Made by a program: the position numbers and the translations under genes. A stretch of DNA of 64,000 nt from a bacterium. GTDB taxonomy: Bacteria > SAR324 > JACQKK01. The stretch lies in the NCBI GenBank assembly GCA_965240465.1, contig OZ251219.1, forward strand, positions 384,001 to 448,000, in the 5' to 3' direction. The notes under the pieces are model-generated. The model was not told where the DNA came from. It searched no databases and was given only the letters and a program-made list of their open reading frames with translations. Below are positions 36,132 through 45,684 of this stretch, piece after piece; positions within the stretch are counted from its first letter, which is position 1; each line of letters opens with the position of its first letter.

Positions 36132-37463
36132 TTAATAGCGATAATCAGCCGATTTATAAGGGCCGTTCATTGAGACCCCTAGATATTCTGCCTGCTCTGC
36201 TGAGAGTTTTTGCAGCTTGATGCCCAGCTTTTCCAAATGCAAGTGGGCGACTTGCTCATCCAGGTGGCGAGGCAAAGTGTAGACCTTATTTTCATATTTT
36301 CCCTGATTTTGAAAAAGCTCCAGCTGAGCCAGTACTTGATTGGTAAAACTGGTAGACATCACAAAGCTAGGATGCCCAGTGGCACAACCGAGATTAACCA
36401 ATCTGCCCTCTGCCAGTACGGTCAATTTTTTACCGTCAGGATAGATATACTGATCCACCTGAGGCTTGATGTTTTGCTTATTAATCTGGGGGTCTTGGTT
36501 CAGGGCTTCCACTTCCACTTCCGACTCAAAATGCCCGATGTTGCAAACGATTGCCTCGTTCTTCATGCAGTCCAGATGTTGCTTGGAAATAGCCTTGACA
36601 CAGCCCGTTGCGGTGACAAAAATATTGCCGAGCTTAGCCGCTTCGTCCATGGTTACCACCCGATTCCCCTCCATAGCCGCTTGTAGAGCACAGATGGGGT
36701 CAATCTCCACCACCAGCACATGGGCGCCCAGTCCCCCGAAGGCAGATACACAACCCTTGCCCACTTCACCATAACCTACCACCACTGCTATTTTGCCCGC
36801 TATCATCACATCCGTAGCCCGTTTGATGCCATCCAGTAGCGACTCGCGAATGCCATAAAGATTATCAAACTTGCTCTTGGTGACCGAAGCATTTACATCC
36901 AAAGCCGGAATTTTCAGTTCCCCGCGTTTTTCCATTTGCCTTAATCTCATGGATCCCGTGGTGGTCTCTTCTGATACCCCATGAATACGGCTCAACAACT
37001 GAGAAAACTTGCCATGTACCGTCGCAGTGAGGTCGCCGCCGTCATCCAATAACATATTTGGCTCATTTCCATCAGACCAACGCAGGGTTTGCTCAATGCA
37101 CCAATAATATTCTGCGTCTGTTTCTCCCTTCCAAGCAAACACCGCTACTCCCCGTTGAGCCAAGGCTGCCGCCGCATGATCCTGAGTAGAAAATATGTTG
37201 CAAGAACTCCAACGAACCTCGGCTCCTAAGTCCAGCAAGGTTTCTATCAACACCGCGGTTTGAATGGTCATGTGAATACAACCCGCTATCCTTGCCCCTT
37301 GCAAGGGTTTTTGGGAACGATACCTTTTCCGCAAAGCCATCAAGCCGGGCATTTCATTTTCGGCAATCTCTATCTCCTTGCGTCCCCATTCAGCAAGGGA
37401 GATATCAGCTATTTTGTGGTCTGGTAAGGGGGTGGGTTTTTTGTCAGCCAGCATGAAAGGCAC
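36132..37463 (-). CDS. ahcY: S-adenosylhomocysteine hydrolase
   Basis: [61 protein letters not shown]. Confidence 0.98.
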   Translation of the reverse strand: MPFMLADKKPTPLPDHKIADISLAEWGRKEIEIAENEMPGLMALRKRYRSQKPLQGARIAGCIHMTIQTAVLIETLLDLGAEVRWSSCNIFSTQDHAAAALAQRGVAVFAWKGETDAEYYWCIEQTLRWSDGNEPNMLLDDGGDLTATVHGKFSQLLSRIHGVSEETTTGSMRLRQMEKRGELKIPALDVNASVTKSKFDNLYGIRESLLDGIKRATDVMIAGKIAVVVGYGEVGKGCVSAFGGLGAHVLVVEIDPICALQAAMEGNRVVTMDEAAKLGNIFVTATGCVKAISKQHLDCMKNEAIVCNIGHFESEVEVEALNQDPQINKQNIKPQVDQYIYPDGKKLTVLAEGRLVNLGCATGHPSFVMSTSFTNQVLAQLELFQNQGKYENKVYTLPRHLDEQVAHLHLEKLGIKLQKLSAEQAEYLGVSMNGPYKSADYRY

Positions 37464-37606
37464 TCATAAAAAGGTTAGAAAGATGGCATTACTTACAGAT
37501 TGCTAATATATTGCCCCCAGTAGCATTATAAAGTTAATGGAATTTAAATTCTTCTTCAAGTACTTGTAGTGATATACCGATTGGTTACCACTTTTGTAAA
37601 AAATCC

Positions 37607-40600
37607 TCAGGGAGTAAAATCCCAGCTTTCTAGGTGCTTGATAAGAGGAAAATAAAGGGCGAGTTTTAAGGGTATTGTTGGCTCTAAGCGATAGAATAAG
37701 TTAGCATAACGCTCTAATTGGGGTTTATGCTTTTCTCTTTGTTGAACTAAAAAGGATGCTAAATCTTGCTGCTGGGGAGTAGCAGTTTTGAAATCCACCA
37801 CCCAGCGAATATTATCTGCGGCTACAAAAGTGCGATCCACAATGGATTGGGATAGAGTGGAATTTTTATTCGCCAAGGCGAAATGATCCAGTCGCAATTC
37901 ACTTTCGGCAGTGGCATGCCGTTGCAATATCCAACGCCCTTGGGGGTCTTCAATGGTATTGAGCAGGGCTTGTATCACCCGTTCGGTAGCAAAATCAAGT
38001 GCCTGAGCAGTGATCTCCAACTGACAAAGATTAGCCCTCACGCACTTTTTGGCTTGCTGGATGATGCTATCCCAATCTTCACTTCGTCCCAGCACCTCCA
38101 GCCAGCGATGGATCTCCACTCCCACCCCACGAGGAACGATGGATCGCGGGTGATTACCCATCTTGGCTAAAGATTGAGATTCTAGCAGTGGCAGTTCTGG
38201 CGATGGCAGTTCTGGCGATGGGGATGCGGTAGTTTGAGATTGCTCGGGGTTGTTTTCGCTTTCATCATCTGAGCCGGGTTTGGCAGCCCCACTGAGTTGT
38301 TCTTCGGTGAGAGGTTTTCCTTGAGGACGGACGTTTTTCAGCGGAGGCGGAGCTTCCCACTGCTGCGGTAATCTCCACAACCAGCCTTCCTTTATGGAGG
38401 AAGCCTCTTCGGTAGCCTCAGGGTTTTTTTCTGTAGAGATGGTAGGGTTATCCTCTGCAGCTCCAGCGTCATGGAGCAATTTCAGCATGGTGCCTGATAT
38501 TGGATTGCCCTGTTTAGCAGTGGTGAGCAATAATCGCTGGCGAGCTCGGGTACAGCCCACATATAGTAGGCGAGCGAGTTCTTTGTCATTTTTGCCCTTA
38601 GATAATTGCTGGATGAATTTATAGACACAGCGATCTTCTTCCTCGCTGGTGACTGGGGCTGGGGCTAGCAATAGGTGTGATTCACTTTTGGTTAGGGCAG
38701 GATATTCCTCCCAGCAGAGCATGTGGTTATAATCATTGCGGCTTCTTCGTTCCAGAGCTGGCAACACGACCCAATCAAATTCCAAGCCCTTAGCTTGATG
38801 GATGCTAAGGACTGCCACCTTTCCAGTTACATTTGGAGGCAATTCCGAGGGTGGTATTTCTCCTAGGCAATCTTTCAGGCGTTCAAAGAATCCTACTGTG
38901 GTTTCCAGAGGGATTTGCCTCAGTTGTTCTAAGAATAGATTGATGTATTCCAAGCCTTTATCGGTAGTTAGGCAGGCGGGACCTCTCAGTTTTAGCCACA
39001 CTTGTTCCAGCCAATCTGTCAGTGATAGGCGTCCCTGTTGCTGCCAAGCCCATTCAAAGGCTACCTGTAGGTGCATCAAAGCCGTTTTTTCTGGGGAGCT
39101 CAGTTGCTTTTTCACGGCAGGGTCTTGCAGGATCTCCCAGATGCTATTTGCAGGCGGATGAGAGCCATTAGCTTTGGAGGGGGGGGTATCCGAGTCAATT
39201 TCAGCCGTATTTACCTCAGTGGCAGCGGATAATTTTTCTGCCAGCATAGTAAGGGTAGCCAGTGAAAAGCCACCCCAAGGAGCCCGCAGAACGCTCATCC
39301 AAGCGAGGGTATCGTGCCGCAGCAACAGAGCTCGGAGCAAAGCTAGAATATCCAGTACTTCTTGTTGTTCTAGCAGACTCGCCCGACGTTCATATTGAAA
39401 AGGTACTCCATGCTCTCGCAAGGCAGATACAATAGTTTCCACATGCTTTTTGGACCTAAACAGAATTGCTATTTGGGCTTGCTTTCCTGAAGCTTGCTTT
39501 ATCCATTCCACAATAGCTTTGGCTTCCTGAGTACTATCATCAGCTAGTTTCCATTCCACCCCTGAGTCCTCATCGGGAGGCTTCACCGCCCGAGCAAAGA
39601 CATGAGCTGCCGTTCCCTCCAGCAAATTGCTCTGCTGGGGGAACACTTTTTGAAACACCCGATTGTGCCAATCCACTAAGGCGGGGACACTGCGGAAATT
39701 AGAGCTCAGTTTGAGTACTTGTGGCTTTAGTTTTCCCAGACCGCGTTCCATCACTCTAACAAACAAGCCAGCCTCCGCCTTGCGAAAGCGATAGATAGAC
39801 TGCATGGGATCTCCCACCAAGAACAAGGTCTGCCTTCCATCCGCTTGCCAGCCCTGCACCAACAATGACAGCATGTCAAACTGAGCGATTGAGGTATCCT
39901 GAAATTCATCCACCAATAAATGGACCAATCGGGCTTGCTCCACATGATTTCCCAGCTGCAAGCAAGGCCGAGCCGATAGCATGATCTCAGTATAATCCAC
40001 TCCTCCTACGGCTTCAAATTCCTGCTTCAGAGCAAGAGATAACTGCCTAAGTACTAGCTGTAAAGTTTCCAAGCTTTCTCTTTCCCAAGGTTGTAAGTTC
40101 ACCCTGCACAAATTGCGTACCTCAGCCAATAAGTTTTCCAGCGATGCTGCCCCCGAGTTGCTAGTTCCCTGGTTATCCCAATCTTTAAGATGTCCTAATA
40201 TCTCGGTCATATCCTTTTTAGCTTCTTCGCTGGTGGTAGGGAATCCGATATTTTTATCCAGCTTCTTACGGAATGTTTCATTTGTTTTAGTTAGCAATAG
40301 TTTACCCAGGGCACGCCAGTATTCCAGTTGTTCTGGTTCTGCGGTGGGTAGCTTTGTCAGGTTAAGCAGGGGTTGGAGGGCCGCGCTATTTGGGGCATTG
40401 TGAGCTGCATGAACCACCAGATTCACCAATGACTGCGATTTTATGCCTTGCTGTAAGAGATATTTCAGGGCGAGCTGCATTTTATTTTGCAGCTGGCTCA
40501 GTTTGACCTGAATGACCTGTTGCAAGACGTTTTCCAAAGCATCCAAGAATTTTGCTGTTGTTTTCGGCGGTTTGGATTTTCCCTTATGGGCAGGGTTATC

Positions 40601-41245
40601 ACTGATGAGGGGGAGCCATTGTTCGCGTTTTTCCAGCAGTTCAACCAGTTGTTTTTCGCATTCGCGGTGGCGATTATTAGAGCGACGTACCAAGCTTTTT
40701 AGAGCCTCAGCTAAGTTAGAATTGCCATCCATTTGGGACATCAAGTTCCGAGCTGCTTGCAGGTAGATTAACTTTGGGTGGGGCAACAAATTTTCTTCTC
40801 CTGAGAGTCGGGCTGTCAGCGGAGTTTGACGCACAATATCCTTCCAGAAGGAATCCATGGTCTTAACTCTGATACTCCAAGGAGCTTTAAGCAGTTGCCA
40901 GCCGTGTTTATGATCATTTTCCAGCACCCTTAGAGCCAGCTTTCGGGTTTGCTCTTGATACCGTGAGTTGATTGGTTGTTTTTGTGCTGCGGCTTGTAAT
41001 TCTTGCCATAGGCGAGAACGCATTTCCCCAGCGGCCTTGCGAGTGAAGGTTATCGCCAACACGGCTTGGGGACGTTCAACTTCTGCCAGCAGTACGAGCA
41101 TACGCTGTACCAGTAGGCTGGTTTTGCCTGCTCCCGCAGGGGCTTGTACAATAAAGGACTGGCGAGGATCTAAGGCTCGCTGGCGGATAGCCTCATCGGG
41201 ACTGCTGGAGGGCGGGCGATTTTCTTTTGGAGAAGATTTATTCAT
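37607..41245 (-). CDS. AddA/RecB-like UvrD helicase with C-terminal PD-(D/E)XK nuclease
   Basis: QAPAGAGKT, AITFTRKAA, LVDEFQDTS, VGDPMQSIYRFR, IHQAKGLEFD, YVGCTRA, VDFKT; likely start 41245 overlapping the partner's stop. Confidence 0.9.
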   Translation of the reverse strand: MNKSSPKENRPPSSSPDEAIRQRALDPRQSFIVQAPAGAGKTSLLVQRMLVLLAEVERPQAVLAITFTRKAAGEMRSRLWQELQAAAQKQPINSRYQEQTRKLALRVLENDHKHGWQLLKAPWSIRVKTMDSFWKDIVRQTPLTARLSGEENLLPHPKLIYLQAARNLMSQMDGNSNLAEALKSLVRRSNNRHRECEKQLVELLEKREQWLPLISDNPAHKGKSKPPKTTAKFLDALENVLQQVIQVKLSQLQNKMQLALKYLLQQGIKSQSLVNLVVHAAHNAPNSAALQPLLNLTKLPTAEPEQLEYWRALGKLLLTKTNETFRKKLDKNIGFPTTSEEAKKDMTEILGHLKDWDNQGTSNSGAASLENLLAEVRNLCRVNLQPWERESLETLQLVLRQLSLALKQEFEAVGGVDYTEIMLSARPCLQLGNHVEQARLVHLLVDEFQDTSIAQFDMLSLLVQGWQADGRQTLFLVGDPMQSIYRFRKAEAGLFVRVMERGLGKLKPQVLKLSSNFRSVPALVDWHNRVFQKVFPQQSNLLEGTAAHVFARAVKPPDEDSGVEWKLADDSTQEAKAIVEWIKQASGKQAQIAILFRSKKHVETIVSALREHGVPFQYERRASLLEQQEVLDILALLRALLLRHDTLAWMSVLRAPWGGFSLATLTMLAEKLSAATEVNTAEIDSDTPPSKANGSHPPANSIWEILQDPAVKKQLSSPEKTALMHLQVAFEWAWQQQGRLSLTDWLEQVWLKLRGPACLTTDKGLEYINLFLEQLRQIPLETTVGFFERLKDCLGEIPPSELPPNVTGKVAVLSIHQAKGLEFDWVVLPALERRSRNDYNHMLCWEEYPALTKSESHLLLAPAPVTSEEEDRCVYKFIQQLSKGKNDKELARLLYVGCTRARQRLLLTTAKQGNPISGTMLKLLHDAGAAEDNPTISTEKNPEATEEASSIKEGWLWRLPQQWEAPPPLKNVRPQGKPLTEEQLSGAAKPGSDDESENNPEQSQTTASPSPELPSPELPLLESQSLAKMGNHPRSIVPRGVGVEIHRWLEVLGRSEDWDSIIQQAKKCVRANLCQLEITAQALDFATERVIQALLNTIEDPQGRWILQRHATAESELRLDHFALANKNSTLSQSIVDRTFVAADNIRWVVDFKTATPQQQDLASFLVQQREKHKPQLERYANLFYRLEPTIPLKLALYFPLIKHLESWDFTP

Positions 41246-44072
41246 CGCTGGCAAATTCAGTTTGGGTTGGCTCAGTTTGGGTTGGCTCAGTTTGGGTTGG
41301 TTTGGCTGTGCTAGAAGCAAGGGATTTATGTTGATGGATACGACAAAACATTTGTAAGCAGCAGCGATCGCAGGCTTGCTGCTGGGGAGAGACGGTGGCT
41401 GTGCCTATGATAAATTCGGATACCAATACTCTGAGTACCGCTTGGATTTCTTCCATTTGATCAACAAAGGAAATTTTTAGAGTACTTTTACCTTGGCTGA
41501 GTATTTTTTGTGGTTGGGACTCCCAGACATCAAATTTCATTTCTTTTTCGCTGATCTTGGCAAATCCAAAGCCTGCCAGAGATTGTTTTTCAGTAAGTAG
41601 TTTTTGGGCATACAGGGGAAGCTGAGGATCTTGGGGGCGTTCACCCATCCAATGTTTGCTATTAGCAGAGCGGCCTATTTTATAATCCAGCAGTACCAGC
41701 GAGCCATCTGATAGCTTGTCCACTCTATCTATGCGACCTGTTAGTTGGAGTTCTCCGATTTTAATTTCCTGCTCTTGTTCCAGCTGCTTAATTTCAAAGG
41801 GGGCATGCTGACGACGCCTCAATTCTTCTTTTAGCCAGAGCAGCATGAGCTTTTCCAGTCTTTGTTGTTCCTGTTCTTTCAGCCATGGGGACAGATTATT
41901 AGGCCAGTCTTGCTCTAGAGCCTCTTTAATGGCATGATGAACAGCAGTTTTCAGTTGTTTTTCTGGTTCCAAGTTGGCAGAGCTTTTGGCTGTTTGCCAA
42001 AACAAATGCAACGCCCGATGCATAAATTTTCCTTGGATTTGGGAATGCAGTCCCGAGATAGCTAGGGGGTCTGACTTGATTTTCAAGCGGTGGTGGGCAA
42101 AGCCTTTGAAGGGACAAGCCGATTGATCCCGCAGTACTGAGACTCCTCCCTTGAGGTTAGTGCCAACGAATTGCGGGGCTTGGCTATCTTTGAGTACCTC
42201 CAGCTGCGGACGCTCCAAGTACATGCGATTAGGCACCCGACTTTCCGCCTTTCTTTCCATTTCTGGCGGGGCAGACCGCGATAAACGTTGCGGATGTTTT
42301 TCCACCACCGACTGCAATAACAAGCTCGGAGTAGTAGGCACTCCCTGCACCTGAGCGGGGGTGCTGAAGACCACCTTTGTAGCACTGCAACACAGACGGG
42401 CAGTGAGTCGCTGGGCGGTTCTTAGGCTGGATTTAGTACTGCTGAATGGTACTCCCCATTGTTGTTGTAGCTTGGCATCTAAGAAGGGATTTAGTTTTTC
42501 TGGCTGAGGCCAGTTTTCGCCATGCACTCCCAGCACCCACAGATAATCAAATTCTAAGCCAGCTGCTTCCTGAATATCCACCACGCTTATGGGTCCCGCT
42601 GGACTGTTAGGGAGAAATCTCTGCTCTTGTACTATTCCTTGTAAGGCTCGCCAAGCAGATTGCCAATCTAGGGATTCCCCTGATACCAGCCCTAAACTAC
42701 TAAATTTATCCAAGCATTCTTGCCAAACCTTCGAGGCTTGAGAAGTACTATTATCCCAATCCGAATCATCACCCATCCACCCCAATAGCTGCAACGATTT
42801 GTGAAATCGCAGTCCCCACTCGGCAAAGCTGGCAGTCTCAGAAATACCTTCCGCCCAGCCCTGCCACTCCTCCATCCGCTTGGAAAGCTCTTCTTTCAGC
42901 AAATAGGGCAATCTGGATACCGACACATTCTCAAAATTGTTTCTCTGTTCCAAGCGTCGCCAGTGTTCCAAGCGTCGCCAGCGTTCTATCTTCCAGCCAG
43001 CTACCTTTCTGGAAGTCAACAAACAATACCAAACCTCAGGAGATACCTTCCCCCCAGGGTGCAACTGGAGTAGCTGCATTGCCCCCCGTACCAAAGAATG
43101 CTCTCCCAGCGGATCCCCCAAAGACATATGAAAAGCCGAACCAGCCGCATCATTAGGCAATTTGCTGGGCTGCAAAACCGACCCCAATAATCGCCTTACC
43201 AAAGGCTCAGCTGGATTAGACATCGCCAAACCAATACGAGCCTCAGAATTATCCAAAGCCAAACCCCTTGCCCAGCGTACCGCTGCCAGTAACTCCTCCT
43301 CCTCATTCTCAAAGGCATCCCCCCTAATCAAAGAAACTCGCCCCCACCGACCACGAGGAATCACCCGTAATTGCACCCCGCGTTCCCGCAAGGCATTCAG
43401 CAACCCTATTTGCACTGGATATAATTGCTCGGCAAATCCTGCCAGCCACAATACCTTTATATCCTTATCTCCCAGACCCCTCCAACCATTTGCCCCCAGA
43501 TCCCTTGCCCCCAGCCCTTTTACTAGCCAGTCCCGTAATCGGTTCTCTAAGCATGCCCTATCCAGCCACCCCTGCTGGCGTAAAAGAACCTCAAAATCTC
43601 GCTTACAGCTCAGAAATAATCGCTGCTCTCTACTACCAGATCCTCCCGATCCAACCTTGCCTAGCCGCTCTTCCGAAAAACCCCAGCTCTGATATAACTT
43701 CCAAGCCTGCCAAGCTTGCCGAGCCTGACCCCCCTCCCCCAAGTTTTCTAACTCCCCAAAACTACCCCCATTCTCCCGCAATATCTGCTGCCACAACCAC
43801 TTGCTCTGAGCACTATTCAAGAGCCAATCCTCCCGAGTATTCTCACTAACAGAAAATCCATAGCAACACGACTGCCATAAATCATCTAGCCAGCCCGCCC
43901 AAGACCAAATCCGAGGAGCTCGCCAAACCCCTGCCGAACCACCCAACTGCTGATACTCACCAAATCGCTGCCGCCAAACGCGTCTAAGATCCACCGATCT
44001 CGTCAAGAGAACATTCCCCTCCGCCAATGAATCGCATACCCGCTGTACTACTTGATTCACTCCTTGCTCCAT
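41238..44072 (-). CDS. AddB/RecC-like protein with PD-(D/E)XK nuclease and Fe-S staple cysteines
   Basis: QSACPFKGFA, GRIDRVD, LDYK, PQLPLY, CDRC....FC; translationally coupled to the AddA-like gene. Confidence 0.88.
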   Translation of the reverse strand: MEQGVNQVVQRVCDSLAEGNVLLTRSVDLRRVWRQRFGEYQQLGGSAGVWRAPRIWSWAGWLDDLWQSCCYGFSVSENTREDWLLNSAQSKWLWQQILRENGGSFGELENLGEGGQARQAWQAWKLYQSWGFSEERLGKVGSGGSGSREQRLFLSCKRDFEVLLRQQGWLDRACLENRLRDWLVKGLGARDLGANGWRGLGDKDIKVLWLAGFAEQLYPVQIGLLNALRERGVQLRVIPRGRWGRVSLIRGDAFENEEEELLAAVRWARGLALDNSEARIGLAMSNPAEPLVRRLLGSVLQPSKLPNDAAGSAFHMSLGDPLGEHSLVRGAMQLLQLHPGGKVSPEVWYCLLTSRKVAGWKIERWRRLEHWRRLEQRNNFENVSVSRLPYLLKEELSKRMEEWQGWAEGISETASFAEWGLRFHKSLQLLGWMGDDSDWDNSTSQASKVWQECLDKFSSLGLVSGESLDWQSAWRALQGIVQEQRFLPNSPAGPISVVDIQEAAGLEFDYLWVLGVHGENWPQPEKLNPFLDAKLQQQWGVPFSSTKSSLRTAQRLTARLCCSATKVVFSTPAQVQGVPTTPSLLLQSVVEKHPQRLSRSAPPEMERKAESRVPNRMYLERPQLEVLKDSQAPQFVGTNLKGGVSVLRDQSACPFKGFAHHRLKIKSDPLAISGLHSQIQGKFMHRALHLFWQTAKSSANLEPEKQLKTAVHHAIKEALEQDWPNNLSPWLKEQEQQRLEKLMLLWLKEELRRRQHAPFEIKQLEQEQEIKIGELQLTGRIDRVDKLSDGSLVLLDYKIGRSANSKHWMGERPQDPQLPLYAQKLLTEKQSLAGFGFAKISEKEMKFDVWESQPQKILSQGKSTLKISFVDQMEEIQAVLRVLVSEFIIGTATVSPQQQACDRCCLQMFCRIHQHKSLASSTAKPTQTEPTQTEPTQTEFASDE

Positions 44073-44132
44073 CTCTTACTACATATCCAATAGCTTCGTT
44101 TCAGTATCTCTCTCCCAACCCCCTATCCTCTG

Positions 44133-45551
44133 CTAACAAGCATTCTTACGAGAAATAACCACCCCCAGAGTCTTGAATAAGATAACAAAATCAAACCATA
44201 GCGACCAGTGCTTGATGTAATATAGATCATACTCAATTCGGGTAGCAATTTTTTCTGGGTGGTCGTTATCTCCCCGATACCCATTCACTTGTGCCCAACC
44301 CGTGAGCCCTGGCTTAATGCGATGTCTGAGCATATAGTTGCTAACTTGGCGTTGATATTGATCATCAAAGGCTTCTGCATGCGGACGCGGGCCCACCAAG
44401 GACATATCCCCTTTTAGGACATTCAATAGTTGCGGCAGTTCATCCAAGCTGAAAGAGCGTAGCCATCCCCCAATGGAGGTGAAGCGTTCATCCCCTTTAT
44501 GAGCATATTTTAAGGATTGACCTTTTTTTTCCTTGTGTAACTCCATGGTGCGAAATTTATACAACCAGAAAGAACTGCCCTTCAGTCCCACCCGCTTTTG
44601 AGTGAATAATACCGGCCCCTTAGAAGTCGCCCATACCGCCAAAGACACCAACAACCATAACCACGATAATGATAACAACAACAACACCGCTAATACCTTA
44701 TCCATCAGCCACTTTAGCACGTGCTGAGTACCCTCCAAAGGCGAGTCCGATAAACATAAAACCGGCAGTCCACCTAATTCTCTCACGCTCTGAGTTAACA
44801 AATTAAGCATCCCCATCTTTGGAACCCAATGCACGCTGACATTCGCCCGTAGTAAGACTGGCATCCACTTTAAGAGCAGTCCACTTTGTGGTAGCGGCAA
44901 ATGCAAATAAACCATGTTCACTGGAAATCGCTGCAGAGTTTCTTCCAGCTGCTCGATCCCTCCCAAGCATTTCAATCCCCCCTTGCTAACCTTCACCCCC
45001 AACGATGACTTTACCTCCAAATAACCCAAGGGACGAATCCCATACCACCAATTAGCCTCCAGACGCTCAGCTACCTCAATCGCACCCGAGCTAGATGAAA
45101 TAATCAAAGCCCCCCTAAGATTGTACCCCATACGACGCATCAAGTACAAAACCAACGTGATCACATAATAATCAAGTACCTGAAACACAAATGCCATCAC
45201 CACCCAAACCGATAACGCCTGACGAGAATAAAGTGCCGTACTCTTGGTTCCCCAACCCACCAATAACAATACCCCCAATACCAATAACCAAGCCCTGAGC
45301 GTCTTCCCTACCTGATACACCAAACTTCCCAGCCGCAAGTTTTGGTACACCCCCCCCACCCGATATATCAATAACAGCAACAGAATGCTCAGTACCACCA
45401 ACGGATAATACTTCTCATGGAATTCTCCATCGCGCCAATAAACTGCCCCATACAATATCCCCATGGTGACTACCAGATCCAATAGCTGCTGCAGCCCTCC
45501 AATGGAAGGCTCGTAGCTACGCCTTAAAAATCCCTTTGTTGCTATTTTCAT
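44133..45551 (-). CDS. wcaJ: Undecaprenyl-phosphate glucose phosphotransferase (WcaJ family)
   Basis: N-terminal TMs; YKFRTM, SLDELPQLLNVLKGDMSLVGPRP, KPGLTGWAQVNG, DLYYI. Confidence 0.9.
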   Translation of the reverse strand: MKIATKGFLRRSYEPSIGGLQQLLDLVVTMGILYGAVYWRDGEFHEKYYPLVVLSILLLLLIYRVGGVYQNLRLGSLVYQVGKTLRAWLLVLGVLLLVGWGTKSTALYSRQALSVWVVMAFVFQVLDYYVITLVLYLMRRMGYNLRGALIISSSSGAIEVAERLEANWWYGIRPLGYLEVKSSLGVKVSKGGLKCLGGIEQLEETLQRFPVNMVYLHLPLPQSGLLLKWMPVLLRANVSVHWVPKMGMLNLLTQSVRELGGLPVLCLSDSPLEGTQHVLKWLMDKVLAVLLLLSLSWLWLLVSLAVWATSKGPVLFTQKRVGLKGSSFWLYKFRTMELHKEKKGQSLKYAHKGDERFTSIGGWLRSFSLDELPQLLNVLKGDMSLVGPRPHAEAFDDQYQRQVSNYMLRHRIKPGLTGWAQVNGYRGDNDHPEKIATRIEYDLYYIKHWSLWFDFVILFKTLGVVISRKNAC

Positions 45552-45684
45552 CTATCGTGCTTTAAGGAGGATTATTCTCTAAAAGTTCTAAACATTCTAC
45601 AATGATTGATGCTACTTTTTCAAAGTCCCCAAAGCTATGTTTGCTAAGCCCTCATGCAAACCGAGGTCTTGCTCTCTGCTCCCC

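Noticed and set aside
37464-37606. SAH or SAM riboswitch upstream of ahcY
   Set aside because: AT-rich with no recognisable consensus or stable stems.
41246-41320. QPKLS-repeat N-terminus of the AddA-like ORF as given in the track
   Set aside because: The 15-bp repeat lies in the AddB-like C-terminus (PTQTE); the ATG at 41245 overlapping its stop is the more likely start.
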